A stretch of DNA of 64,000 nucleotides from Candidatus Enterousia sp. (GCA_045646605.1 JAZRLA010000008.1:128931-192930), one strand, 5' to 3'. Positions 1 through 9,660 are shown, counted from the stretch's first letter. The notes: generated by a model from the letters alone, not told the origin. Translations and numbers: made by a program.

Positions 1-306
1 GCGCAATTTGTGATTTTAAGTCAGATGTGTTGATTTTATGTTCGTTGTTCCATTTTGTTTCTTTGGTTGATATAGTAAAAAATGCCGTGCCAAAATTCCC
101 GGTTATATACGCGGTATCAAAATAGGTTCCCATTTGTTGTTCAAGTTCGTCCGCAACAGATTTTAATGCTGATACGGTGTCAAAATCATCGACAGAATAA
201 TATGCCGATTGGTCAATCATTGCGTTTTTTATGCGGTGCGCAATTCCACGGACCCCGCATGTACCGATATCAAGACATAAAAAACAAGAATCAATCATTC
301 GCATTT

Positions 307-990
307 TTATTTTACCAAAATTCTTGTGTCATCGCGCATATCTATTACTTTTAAATCTTTGGATAATATGTTGTGTTTTTTATCCAATGTAACGATATTT
401 CCGATTGCGGCAACCGGGTCGTTTTCCGGTAACATAATTGTAATTCCGCCAAGTGTTATTAAATTCCACCGCCGTTTATCAACCCATTCAAGGTAATTTA
501 GGTCATGGATAAGGTTGTGTGCCGCCTTGGTTATTTCGCCAATGTCATTTGGAACGTCGCCACGAAAAACAACTGTGCTCGCGCCACGTGTTTCAGACGG
601 TGTTTCTATGCGTTTGCCTTCGGCAGAAAGCGGATAATAATAGGTACCGTCCGTTATTTCCGCGACCGCTTTGTAAAAATTTACTTTGATAGATAGATTA
701 CCGTTCGATAGTCGTCGAACCGAAGATTCTTTGATATTAGGTATTTTTTGCTTAAGGCGGTCGTTTAAAAGTTCAAGTTTTTTCGCGTATGTGTGGGTTC
801 CCGCAATAATCCCCAGGGCATTTTCAATGGATGAAAGATTTTTATCTTTTGTATCCGTGGATATAGATATATGGCGAATCGTTGCGGTGGGACCATAACC
901 TATGTATGCCATAATTATGCGGGTTGCAAAATAAATGCTAAGCAAAATAGCGGCAATAAAATACAGCCAAAACCAAAGATTTCGTTTCAT
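307..990 (-). CDS. ftsQ: cell division protein FtsQ-like (N-terminal TM helix, POTRA/FtsQ-type periplasmic region)
   Basis: 227-aa ORF with an N-terminal hydrophobic anchor (WFWLYFIAAILLSIYF). Length and beta-rich periplasmic part fit FtsQ/DivIB. Assignment by resemblance only. Confidence 0.5.
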   Translation of the reverse strand: MKRNLWFWLYFIAAILLSIYFATRIIMAYIGYGPTATIRHISISTDTKDKNLSSIENALGIIAGTHTYAKKLELLNDRLKQKIPNIKESSVRRLSNGNLSIKVNFYKAVAEITDGTYYYPLSAEGKRIETPSETRGASTVVFRGDVPNDIGEITKAAHNLIHDLNYLEWVDKRRWNLITLGGITIMLPENDPVAAIGNIVTLDKKHNILSKDLKVIDMRDDTRILVK

Positions 991-1110
991 GGTGGATATT
1001 ATAACATATTTTAGTGAAAAGTGTTAGTGGTTAGTGTTAGTGGTTGGTGGTATCTGGAATCCGTTTGTAATTACGCAATTATTCCAGAATTCCCCCGATG
1101 ACCATTTTCT

Positions 1111-1491
1111 TTATGTTGCACGAAGTAAATAACCGCGTTTGAACATGCATTTACGGTACGAACCAACGGAACGTGATGTGGTGTTTCGTGGCACCGATAA
1201 CAGGGCGCGTTGACCGACATCCCGATATTCATTTGATTGAAATGTTACCCAAAGTCCGTCCCAATCCGGCATACGTACGGTCTGATTCGGTGATAAAAGC
1301 TTTGCAAGACGGGATCGTGGCAGATATGACGGTTTTGTTATCCCAAGGCATGATTTATGATCACGAACAAATTGTTCCATTGTGACCGATTCATTTTCCC
1401 AATTCAGGATTGTGGCGTCATCAATACTGCCCCCATTTGGGGATGCACAGGCGCATAAACCAAGTAATAAAAATACTTTTAATATTTTCAT
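1111..1491 (-). CDS. hypothetical lipoprotein (signal peptide plus Cys)
   Basis: 126-aa ORF. N-terminus MKILKVFLLLGLCACASP is lipobox-like. No recognisable domain. Confidence 0.45.
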   Translation of the reverse strand: MKILKVFLLLGLCACASPNGGSIDDATILNWENESVTMEQFVRDHKSCLGITKPSYLPRSRLAKLLSPNQTVRMPDWDGLWVTFQSNEYRDVGQRALLSVPRNTTSRSVGSYRKCMFKRGYLLRAT

Positions 1492-1567
1492 CTTTCCTAT
1501 TATAATTTAATTGCGTTTTTGTGGCAATAGTTTTTATAATGTATAAAAATACATCGGGAGAAAAGAG

Positions 1568-1891
1568 ATGGCGGTTACCGTTCAAAACTTTGTAAAGTTA
1601 GCAAATTTCTATAATCAAATGGCAAAGACCATGTCGGCGATATGTGTAAGCAAAGGCGGAATTCCAATGGAAAAATATGTTGGACGATTCTTTGCCGCCG
1701 ATGTTTTGGAATTTGTTGTGGAATATGGTGAACGTTTATTAAAATCAAAAAAAGATGTGGCGCCGGATGTGGTGTCGGTTATAGATATGTTTAAAAAACA
1801 ATTGGCCGGTGTTAAAGAATGGGTGACGACTTCGCAAAAACCAATATACGAAATGTCGTTGGAAGAATTTGAACGGGTGATGAATATATAA
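1568..1891 (+). CDS. hypothetical protein
   Basis: 107-aa ORF preceded by RBS gggagaaaagag. No recognisable motif. Confidence 0.45.
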   Translation: MAVTVQNFVKLANFYNQMAKTMSAICVSKGGIPMEKYVGRFFAADVLEFVVEYGERLLKSKKDVAPDVVSVIDMFKKQLAGVKEWVTTSQKPIYEMSLEEFERVMNI

Positions 1892-1901
1892 AGGATGCAG
1901 T

Positions 1902-3233
1902 ATGAAAAATTTGAAATGCTTTATGTTAATGTTTGTCGGAATTGCCTTTGCCGGGTGTATGGAGGTTCGGGATCCGTATGATGTAGAAAATGTTGAATAT
2001 ACGACCGTTCAGGTTGTTGATAATTTGGTCATAGATGGTAATTCGGTGCCAATTTTTCCGAAAAAAGCGGCATTGACCACCGATACGGCGCGGCGTTTTT
2101 CAATTGAGTTGCCACGGCGTTGCACGGTGGGTTGGGATTCACAATCGGTTATGTCAATTGTGCCGGATGAAAAAATTGAAATTGTTCGTTTGAATGTTGG
2201 TGATCCTTTGCCTGATTTGACTGTGTCAGATTATGATTTTAGAAAGCAGGGTGTTCGTGATGTGTTGGATAAATTGCTTTCGGGAACAGATATTGCGGTC
2301 ATAGAGCAAGAGCAGAATTTTGAAAGGATATCCGGGTCGATTGTTGGTGGAAATCTTGCGGATGCGGTTGATTTGATTACTCACCTTGGGCGTGCATATT
2401 ATTCATACGATGAAAAATTGGGTGAATTGAAATTGTTCAATCGTGGAAAATGGCTAATTAAAATGCCAAAGAACGAAGATATTGTTATGGCGATTTTGGA
2501 TGCGATGCATGGTGCCGATGTACGAAATGTGATTGTTGATTGGGCGGATAATACGCTGGTATTCGAAGGTAATTATCAAACAGAGCGTGAGGTTGCAAGA
2601 ATTCTTGCCGATATTGCGTCAAAAAAATATGTGATGGCGTGGGATATGGATGTGTATCGCGTTTATCCGCGGACCGATAATCCGATTGTGTGGATGAATA
2701 TGTTGCCGGCATTTGGTGAAAAAAATATAAAAATGTCGATACCGGGTGTTGTTGGGCGCGCATTGGTTGTGGGACCAGAGGTGAATACGAAAACATTGCA
2801 AGAATTTTTGTCGCAACAGGCAAATGTTGTTTTGATATCCCAAGGGCATTTTGTTGTACCTGATGGATGGCAATCGCGTTTTGATATTGGGCAATGTGGC
2901 AAAGAAGAGAGGTTAGAAACAGATTTGATTGTTGGTGCAACCGCAAAGTATGGTGATTTTGGTGGCAAAGATAAAATTGATGCGAAAATTGTTTTGCGGA
3001 CCAGTAATGGTGAACTTTCGTCGTTTACAATTCCGTCCAGTGTCGGGGATAATTATGTGATTGTTGGTATTCCAACACATTCATTTGTGACTACACCGGA
3101 AACATTGATAAGTCCGTTCGCCGAGTTGGTTGTGTTCATGTCGCCACGAATCGTTTCAATTGTGAATCCAGCGGATGTTTCGGATGATGCGCCATTGGTC
3201 GGTGATGCATTGCGTGATTGGTTAAAGGAATAA
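1902..3233 (+). CDS. hypothetical lipoprotein (443 aa) directly upstream of lolC/lolD
   Basis: Signal peptide with lipobox (FAGC). RBS aaggatg. Stop lies 3 nt before the lolC start. Confidence 0.55.
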   Translation: MKNLKCFMLMFVGIAFAGCMEVRDPYDVENVEYTTVQVVDNLVIDGNSVPIFPKKAALTTDTARRFSIELPRRCTVGWDSQSVMSIVPDEKIEIVRLNVGDPLPDLTVSDYDFRKQGVRDVLDKLLSGTDIAVIEQEQNFERISGSIVGGNLADAVDLITHLGRAYYSYDEKLGELKLFNRGKWLIKMPKNEDIVMAILDAMHGADVRNVIVDWADNTLVFEGNYQTEREVARILADIASKKYVMAWDMDVYRVYPRTDNPIVWMNMLPAFGEKNIKMSIPGVVGRALVVGPEVNTKTLQEFLSQQANVVLISQGHFVVPDGWQSRFDIGQCGKEERLETDLIVGATAKYGDFGGKDKIDAKIVLRTSNGELSSFTIPSSVGDNYVIVGIPTHSFVTTPETLISPFAELVVFMSPRIVSIVNPADVSDDAPLVGDALRDWLKE

Positions 3234-3236
3234 AAT

Positions 3237-4490
3237 ATGTTTACGAAATTAGAGCGAAAAATTGCATTTAGGTATTTGGCGGCGCGGCGGCGTGGGTTTG
3301 GTTCTGTTGTGTCGTGGGTGTCGTTTTTGGGGATTATGTTGGGTGTTGCGACGCTGATTGTTGTTATGTCGGTGATGGGTGGGTTTCATGATACATTGCT
3401 TGCACGGATTGTTGGTATGAACGGGCATGTCGTTGTGTATCACCAAGATGGCGCGATTGCGGACTATGATTTCTTGGCCGAAAAAATGATGGAAAATAAA
3501 ACGGTTGCGCGTGCGGTTTCCGCGGTTATTCCAATCGCCGAAGGCCAGGTTATGGTTACCGCAAATGGAAAAAATTCAGGTGCGATGGTACGTGGAATTC
3601 GTATGGATGATTTAATGACGAAAACCAAAAGTGGTGTGCGCATGTACGGTCGTGATTTGGCGGATATTCGCGACGGCGAATTGATAATTGGGTCAACGCT
3701 TTCGCGGAATTTAGGTGTGCATATGGGCGAAAGTGTTTCACTGGTATCCGCCGATAATGCGACGCCAACACCTTTTGGAACAATGCCGCGTATTATGTCG
3801 TATCCGGTGCAAACATCTTTCTTTATGGGAATGTATGAATACGATTCGGGATATATATTTATGCCACTTACAACAGCGCAAAAATATTTGAACCTGGGCG
3901 ATGCGGTGACGCATATTGATTTGTTCTTGCATAATCCTGATGATACGGACGCGGTGCGGGATGTGTTGATTGATGTTTTGCCTGATGGTTATATTGTGCG
4001 TGATTGGCGTGATTTGAATCGGGGCTTTGTTGGTGCATTGCAAGTCGAATCAAATGTAATGTTTTTAATTTTGATGTTGATTGTTATCGTCGCAGCGTTT
4101 AATATAGTTTCGTCGTTGGTAATGTTGGTAAAGGATAAGTCCAAAGATATCGCGGTGTTACGGACATTTGGGGTTTCGCGTCGTTCGATGATGCGCATAT
4201 TTATATTGTCGGGAACCAGTATCGGCGTGGTTGGTGCAGTGTTTGGAACGATACTTGGTGTGGTGGTTGCAATCTATATCGAACCGATACGGCGATTCTT
4301 TCAATGGGCAACGGGGCGTGACCTTTTTCCGGCAGAGTTGTATTATTTGTCGGAATTGCCGTCGCGTGTGGAATTTGCAAGTGTGCTGGGGATCGCGCTG
4401 ATTGCAATTGCACTGGCGTTCTTGGCCACAATTTATCCGGCATGGAAAGCGGCAAACACGGACCCGGTAGAGGTTTTGCGGAACGAGTAG
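3237..4490 (+). CDS. lolC: lipoprotein-releasing system permease LolC/LolE (FtsX-family ABC permease)
   Basis: 417 aa. N-terminal TM, large periplasmic MacB-like domain, three C-terminal TMs. Typical LolC/E length. Immediately followed by the ABC ATPase gene. Confidence 0.8.
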   Translation: MFTKLERKIAFRYLAARRRGFGSVVSWVSFLGIMLGVATLIVVMSVMGGFHDTLLARIVGMNGHVVVYHQDGAIADYDFLAEKMMENKTVARAVSAVIPIAEGQVMVTANGKNSGAMVRGIRMDDLMTKTKSGVRMYGRDLADIRDGELIIGSTLSRNLGVHMGESVSLVSADNATPTPFGTMPRIMSYPVQTSFFMGMYEYDSGYIFMPLTTAQKYLNLGDAVTHIDLFLHNPDDTDAVRDVLIDVLPDGYIVRDWRDLNRGFVGALQVESNVMFLILMLIVIVAAFNIVSSLVMLVKDKSKDIAVLRTFGVSRRSMMRIFILSGTSIGVVGAVFGTILGVVVAIYIEPIRRFFQWATGRDLFPAELYYLSELPSRVEFASVLGIALIAIALAFLATIYPAWKAANTDPVEVLRNE

Positions 4491-4499
4491 AGAGAAATA

Positions 4500-5210
4500 A
4501 TGGCGTCGATATTGAATTCTTTATCACGTGTGAAAAAGGGCGAAGTCGTCCTTTCTGTGCGTGATATAAAAAAGACCTTTATCGAAGGTGGGCAACCGTT
4601 ACATATTCTAACCGGCGGTGGTTTTGATTTGCACCGTGGTGAAATTGTCGCGCTGGTTGGACCGTCGGGGTCGGGTAAATCAACACTGTTGCAATGTGTT
4701 GGATTATTGGATAAACCGTCGGGGGGTAGCATTATTGTGTCGGGTACCCCGGTGCATAAAATGAATGATGAAATGCGGACGATGATGCGCCGGCGGAAAA
4801 TGGGGTTTGTGTATCAGCGGCATAATTTATTGTCTGATTTTACGGCATTGGAAAATGTTATGTTACCGATGCTTGCTAATGGGGTTGATACAGATGTTGC
4901 AATGGCACGCGCGAAGTCTTTGTTAAAGGCGGCAAATGTTGCACATCGTGCGTCACACTTGCCGGGGCAAATGTCGGGTGGGGAGCAGCAACGGACCGCG
5001 GTGGCGCGTGCGCTGGCCAACAATCCTGATATTTTATTGGCGGATGAACCAACGGGCAGTTTGGATCCAAATCATGCGATTGCTGTTTTTGAACTGTTGC
5101 TTTCTTTGGTTCGAAAAAACAAAATGGCGATGTTATTCGTTACGCATGATATGTCATTGGCCAATCGTGCGGACCGGCGCATAACAATCAAAAATGGAAC
5201 AGTTAAATAA
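4500..5210 (+). CDS. lolD: lipoprotein-releasing system ATP-binding protein LolD
   Basis: Walker A GPSGSGKST, ABC signature LSGGEQQR, Walker B ILLADEPT. 236 aa. Confidence 0.85.
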   Translation: MASILNSLSRVKKGEVVLSVRDIKKTFIEGGQPLHILTGGGFDLHRGEIVALVGPSGSGKSTLLQCVGLLDKPSGGSIIVSGTPVHKMNDEMRTMMRRRKMGFVYQRHNLLSDFTALENVMLPMLANGVDTDVAMARAKSLLKAANVAHRASHLPGQMSGGEQQRTAVARALANNPDILLADEPTGSLDPNHAIAVFELLLSLVRKNKMAMLFVTHDMSLANRADRRITIKNGTVK

Positions 5211-5240
5211 ACAATAAACTTAAAAAAAGGAGAGAGGAAA

Positions 5241-6050
5241 ATGAAAGACATCAAAAATACAAATTGTGAGAATTGCTATATCTGTTCGCGCAGGCAAAAG
5301 TTTTGGGCGTGGGTGTTATTGTTTGGTATATTTGGTTGCGGGGTTATGACGGGGCTTTATCCGTTGGGACATAAATTGACCAATACGCCGGATTCTGCCG
5401 TAAAGACCGAAACCAAAGAGTCAGAAGCAGTCGTCGTTTTGCCGGACCCGGAACCGCAAAAAGCATGTGAAATAAATGAAAAGGTTTTGAAAACGCGTCT
5501 TGCACGGAACATAGATGATACGCTTCCGGGGGCATTTACCGCCCATCAAAACAATATGTTGGTTTATAAACGTTTGTTCAATACGGGCTGTTTGGAAAAT
5601 CGTGATTATTTTTCAGAAATGGCGGCGAACGAGCGGATATATATGGATGCACTTACGGTAATTGAAAAAAAGAATAACGAATCGATTGAAAGACCGTGTC
5701 GTGAAATTGAAAGTGCGTTAAGTCGGCGTATTATTTCGGGGTGCGATACAAATCAATATGTTTCGGAATGCCATTTGAATAATGCCGAAGTTTATTCAAA
5801 ACTTGCCGAAGATGGATGCCCGGAAAATATTGAACGTTATCGTAAAAATGCGTTGGACGAATTGCAAATTGCGGATGGTGTGCGTATAAATGCAAGTGAT
5901 GTGAACCCGCGTGAGGTACGTTCAACAATAAATACATATAAGAAATTACAGATGCAGAGCGAGGCGCGTCGGTACCTTAATAAAGTTGAAAAAATGTTGG
6001 ATCCGGGGATTGATTTTATCATGGAATTGCAAAAGGTTATTGAAGAATAA
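5241..6050 (+). CDS. hypothetical membrane-anchored protein with N-terminal CxxCxxC cluster
   Basis: Strong RBS aaaggagagagg. Motif CENCYIC followed by a TM helix (WAWVLLFGIFGCGVM). Confidence 0.5.
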   Translation: MKDIKNTNCENCYICSRRQKFWAWVLLFGIFGCGVMTGLYPLGHKLTNTPDSAVKTETKESEAVVVLPDPEPQKACEINEKVLKTRLARNIDDTLPGAFTAHQNNMLVYKRLFNTGCLENRDYFSEMAANERIYMDALTVIEKKNNESIERPCREIESALSRRIISGCDTNQYVSECHLNNAEVYSKLAEDGCPENIERYRKNALDELQIADGVRINASDVNPREVRSTINTYKKLQMQSEARRYLNKVEKMLDPGIDFIMELQKVIEE

Positions 6051-6059
6051 AAAGGAATT

Positions 6060-6752
6060 TTGATGAATATAAAAATAATTCCGGTTATTGCAATTGGTGT
6101 CGTTTTGATGGCGACACCAAGTGTGCGCGCCGAAGACGATTCTTATCAAGAAACACAATATAATGATTACGAAGACTATGAAGTGTTTGATGATGTTGAG
6201 GATTTGATAGATGGTGAGTTGATTGGTGCAGAAGATATTGTTGAAGAAGTGGATGACGATATACAGAATCTTGCGATTACAGAGGTTCCGGCGCCGCGTG
6301 CGGTTGTAAATAGGATGTCTTGTGATGAAATAAATGCGCGTGTTGATGAATTGCGCACGGATGTGAAGTCTTATCCGGATTTACGGGCTGATTTGGAATA
6401 TATGCTTTTGCGCCAGCGTGACCAATGTGCACCGCGTGCCGCGCGTCGTCCGGTGCATAACTATCGGAATGTGAATCCAGTTGTTGAACTTGAAGCCCAG
6501 GAAGTACAGGCGCCCGAAGAATCGGTTGCGCCGGAAAAAACAAAAGAAATAGTAAAAGAGGTTGTTATAACAGATACGGTAAGTTTGGCACAGATAGAAG
6601 AAAATCGTGCCAATGGTTTGTGTGATAATGGCGATAAACCGAATCGGTATGGATGTTGTGATGGCGAGAAATTTAAAGAAGTTTCACAGATGAATTTTGC
6701 ATGCTGTCCAAAAGAAGGTGAGGGCGAGTGTGTTGCGCCGCGGAAAAAATAG
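6060..6752 (+). CDS. secreted acidic protein with C-terminal 6-Cys module
   Basis: Signal peptide. D/E-rich N-terminal half. C-terminus CDNGDKPNRYGCCDGEKF...FACCPKEGEGECVAP. Confidence 0.5.
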   Translation: MMNIKIIPVIAIGVVLMATPSVRAEDDSYQETQYNDYEDYEVFDDVEDLIDGELIGAEDIVEEVDDDIQNLAITEVPAPRAVVNRMSCDEINARVDELRTDVKSYPDLRADLEYMLLRQRDQCAPRAARRPVHNYRNVNPVVELEAQEVQAPEESVAPEKTKEIVKEVVITDTVSLAQIEENRANGLCDNGDKPNRYGCCDGEKFKEVSQMNFACCPKEGEGECVAPRKK

Positions 6753-6821
6753 CCATTTATTGTAAAAGTTGACAATATTGTGTGCTTGTGTTATTGTTTG
6801 CTTAAAATAAAGGAGTTTTTT

Positions 6822-7223
6822 ATGACCGATCAAGATATTTTAAAATTTGTGAACAAGATAGATCGTTTCGAAGACGGTGCTAACTATATGAATGTTTATT
6901 TTAAACCGAAATCGGGCGATGATATTAAAAGTTTGACCCAATCTTTCATAGATTTGGGCGTAACCAATATTGTTGATTCTAGGAATTCTGTGGTGAATGG
7001 TACAAATGTAGCAGAGATCAAATTTGTATTGAGCTATAGGTATTCTAAACAAGGAAAAATTATAGATGATTTAATGGTAAAGCATGCGCGTATAAAGGCA
7101 TGGGAAGTGTTGCGTAATAATGGTGGTACAAATATGAATGCGGCAGAGGCGGCTTTCTTTGCCACAAAGGGTTATGAAGTGGCCAAGATGAAATCGCAAC
7201 AAACGAGAAGAGCAAAAATCTAA
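6822..7223 (+). CDS. hypothetical protein
   Basis: ORF trimmed to ATG at 6822 (MTDQD), which has RBS aaggag 7 nt upstream. Confidence 0.45.
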   Translation: MTDQDILKFVNKIDRFEDGANYMNVYFKPKSGDDIKSLTQSFIDLGVTNIVDSRNSVVNGTNVAEIKFVLSYRYSKQGKIIDDLMVKHARIKAWEVLRNNGGTNMNAAEAAFFATKGYEVAKMKSQQTRRAKI

Positions 7224-7241
7224 AATTTCTGGTGTGATTTT

Positions 7242-7598
7242 TTGATATTTTTTATGAGGAAAGATATCATAAATTTTATAAATAAAAAATATAATGTAAA
7301 TCCGGAATACCTTTGGCGGCGGTATCCGGATTTTTGTGTGTTTCGGCGCGGCGATAATAGAAAATGGTTCGCGATAATTATGAAAATTCCGCGCGGGAAA
7401 CTTCGACTTTCGGGCGATGGCGCGGTTGATGTGATAAATGTTAAAACCGATAATGTGGAATTCTTTTTGGGTGTGCCGGGAATTTTGCCGGCATATCATA
7501 TGAATAAAGATAATTGGGTGACGGTCATGTTGGACGGAACCGTGCCGGCGACCAATGTCAAAAAATTGATAGAAATGTCGTATGGGTTGGTGGGGTAA
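7242..7598 (+). CDS. MmcQ/YjbR-family protein
   Basis: 118 aa with the pattern YPDF..FRRGDNRKWFAIIM...NKDNWVTVMLDG, typical of the YjbR/MmcQ family. Confidence 0.55.
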   Translation: MIFFMRKDIINFINKKYNVNPEYLWRRYPDFCVFRRGDNRKWFAIIMKIPRGKLRLSGDGAVDVINVKTDNVEFFLGVPGILPAYHMNKDNWVTVMLDGTVPATNVKKLIEMSYGLVG

Positions 7599-7600
7599 AG

Positions 7601-8191
7601 TCAATCCCTTTTCGGTTTGTAAACGATTCGGTTTTGGTTCATGTAATCGCGCAGGACTGATTCGCCATGTTCGGGTTCGATATTGCCGTATACGGTGATA
7701 TTCCGGCGTTTGAATTCGTCCAGCCAATCCGGTTTGAAACCTTCGTCGAATCCGGTTATTGATTCGACGGCCCTGGACGGAACGCCGAAAAATACATGCC
7801 GAATTCCGGACCACATTATTCCGCCCAAACACATGATGCACGGTTCAGCCGTCACATACAGCGACAGGTTGTGTCCCGATAAATCGTATGTGTGCAGTAA
7901 TTCTTCGGCGTCGCGTATGGCGTTCATTTCGGCGTGGTTGTGACTGCAATTCATGGAAACCACGCTGTTTGCGGCGCGTGCGATTTGATTGCCGTCCGCG
8001 TCATAAATCGCGGCTAAGAACGGCCCATGTCCGCGTGCGATATAGTTCGGCAATTCGTCGTATAATTCAGTGATGATTTTTTTTGCGTGCGCAAGTTTGC
8101 GTGCATCGATTTTTTCATTCGCAATTATGTTGTCTGTATTTTGCATTTTTTGCCCCCGTAATCTTTGTGATAATTTTACGATTCGGTGCAT
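7601..8191 (-). CDS. tadA: CMP/dCMP-type zinc deaminase (TadA/GuaD-like) with N-terminal extension
   Basis: Motifs HAEMNAIRDAEE and PCIMCLGGI (H-A-E ... PC..C zinc site). 196 aa. The first ~25 codons plus upstream region are duplicated at 9290-9414. Confidence 0.65.
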   Translation of the reverse strand: MHRIVKLSQRLRGQKMQNTDNIIANEKIDARKLAHAKKIITELYDELPNYIARGHGPFLAAIYDADGNQIARAANSVVSMNCSHNHAEMNAIRDAEELLHTYDLSGHNLSLYVTAEPCIMCLGGIMWSGIRHVFFGVPSRAVESITGFDEGFKPDWLDEFKRRNITVYGNIEPEHGESVLRDYMNQNRIVYKPKRD

Positions 8192-8241
8192 AAAATCGCA
8201 AGTGATTTTGATAAAACCGATTCGGTGATGGGTATTTTTTA
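8118..8241. repeat. 124-bp direct repeat copy A (tadA 5' end plus promoter region)
   Basis: Near-identical to 9290-9414, with 2 differences. Confidence 0.85.
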
Positions 8242-8556
8242 CGAAATATTATGAGTGGTGCGTTGTTTTCGGATGTATTTAGTTGATATCGGTTGTTTTA
8301 TATTGTATAATTTTCTTGAATCCGATGCAAATCGGGTTTGGGGTTGTAGAAAGCCCACTTCATTCGGTGCGAAAGCATCGTAATTGTTTATTTTCGGTGC
8401 TTTTTGCATCGTTTGCCCCCAGCCAGAATGGTTGGGGAGCTGTTGGTGTATATATGAAGGCCACAGAATCAATAATGAAGTGATTTTCTAACTCCCCAAC
8501 CGTCAATTTATTGGCGGTTTTATGTAATAAATATAAAACATTAAAAGGAGAATGTT

Positions 8557-9219
8557 ATGAAAAATAATACTTTGTTTTCAGTAATAGGTTGTGTTTCTGC
8601 TGTTGTTATGTGTGAATCTGCGAAAGCAGGTTCGAATATTAGACCATATATTGGTTTAAATTTTACATATGCGCATGCAAATTTAAATGATGAACTTGGG
8701 GATTTAGCTAGTTATATTTCGGGATATGATTTTGGAACCGATGATTTAATTAACCCTAATACGGTTGGTTTTACTGCTAATATTGGTGCACAGTTTAATA
8801 AATATTTGGGTGCAGAGTTGTTTTTGAATTATACGGCATCAACAGCCGAGGTGTCTTTTTATGATAATTATGCAACAGTAGTTGCAACAATGAAAAACAA
8901 TGGTTCTTCTTTTGGAATTGGCGCGGATGTTATTGGAAGTTTACAAATTTCTGATAGCGATTTTTCTATGTTGGGTTCTATTGGGGGTGGATACTATAAT
9001 TTTAAATTAAAAGTAAATTATGAGGATTATTTGTATAAATATAGTGATAGTGGAAATGAGAAACATTTTGGTTTTCGTTTGGGAATCGGGGGCCAATATG
9101 CATTCACTGATAATTTCGCAGCACGTACACTGGTTCGATATGTCATTATAAATTCTGACGAACAAGATCTTATAAAAGGGATGTTGGATTGGTCGATTGG
9201 TCTAAAATGTACGTTTTAA
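8557..9219 (+). CDS. outer-membrane beta-barrel protein (OmpW/Opa-like, ends in Phe)
   Basis: Signal peptide. Alternating hydrophobic beta-strand pattern. C-terminal ...GLKCTF. RBS aaaaggagaa. Confidence 0.6.
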   Translation: MKNNTLFSVIGCVSAVVMCESAKAGSNIRPYIGLNFTYAHANLNDELGDLASYISGYDFGTDDLINPNTVGFTANIGAQFNKYLGAELFLNYTASTAEVSFYDNYATVVATMKNNGSSFGIGADVIGSLQISDSDFSMLGSIGGGYYNFKLKVNYEDYLYKYSDSGNEKHFGFRLGIGGQYAFTDNFAARTLVRYVIINSDEQDLIKGMLDWSIGLKCTF

Positions 9220-9228
9220 TATTTTTGT

Positions 9229-9258
9229 ACCCGCCGTTCGGCGGGTATAATGTTTTTT
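9229..9258 (+). terminator. putative rho-independent terminator after omp gene
   Basis: Hairpin acccgcc-gttc-ggcgggt followed by a T-run. Confidence 0.45.
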
Positions 9259-9273
9259 CTATGGAAGAGGCGC

Positions 9274-9289
9274 GGGGCGCACGGATTCG
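9274..9289 (-). other. 16-nt exact copy of tRNA-Gln 3' end (att-like direct repeat)
   Basis: ggggcgcacggattcg is identical to 15663-15680, the 3' end of the minus-strand tRNA-Gln, in the same orientation. Confidence 0.6.
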
Positions 9290-9414
9290 TTCGCAATTAT
9301 GTTGTCTGTATTTCGCATTTTTTTGCCCCCGTAATCTTTGTGATAATTTTACGATTCGGTGCATAAAATCGCAAGTGATTTTGATAAAACCGATTCGGTG
9401 ATGGGTATTTTTTA
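9290..9414. repeat. 124-bp direct repeat copy B
   Basis: Matches 8118-8241. Confidence 0.85.
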
Positions 9415-9630
9415 TATAAAAAATATGATTTTTTTACGGGCGATATTTTTTCCTAGGGTAAAAATTTTTTGTTATGTAAAAAAGACAAAAAACCTTAGGA
9501 AAATCAACGGATGCGGCGTGTTTTGTGTGTTGTGATTTTAGGCATAATGAAAAAATATGCTTGTGTCCCATGTATCTGTTTGTTTTTAGGGCGTTTATAT
9601 AAAACTTTTTGTATCTGTGTGTCCCTTTTG

Positions 9631-9660
9631 GGTTATCCGATGCATAAAAATAGGATAACC
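9631..9660. promoter_or_regulatory. perfect 8-bp inverted repeat GGTTATCC-N14-GGATAACC upstream of HTH regulator gene (candidate operator)
   Basis: Palindrome seen directly in the sequence, about 60 nt upstream of the 9720 start. Confidence 0.4.

Larger units (their letters stand above)
9170..9364 (-). pseudogene. remnant of duplicated deaminase 5' end (MHRIVKLSQRLRGQK...), not a functional gene
   Basis: The first 15 aa are identical to the tadA-like N-terminus. It then diverges into the antisense of the omp terminator region. Confidence 0.5.

Noticed and set aside
82-354. 90-aa plus-strand ORF at the window start
   Set aside because: It overlaps the ftsQ-like gene on the opposite strand. 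No RBS, and an unlikely composition.
7071-7841. 256-aa minus-strand ORF
   Set aside because: It overlaps both the YjbR-like gene and the deaminase gene. His/Arg-rich nonsense translation.
9170-9364. 64-aa ORF starting MHRIVKLSQRLRGQK as a real gene
   Set aside because: Only the first 15 codons are meaningful, as a duplicated deaminase N-terminus. The rest runs antisense through the omp terminator.
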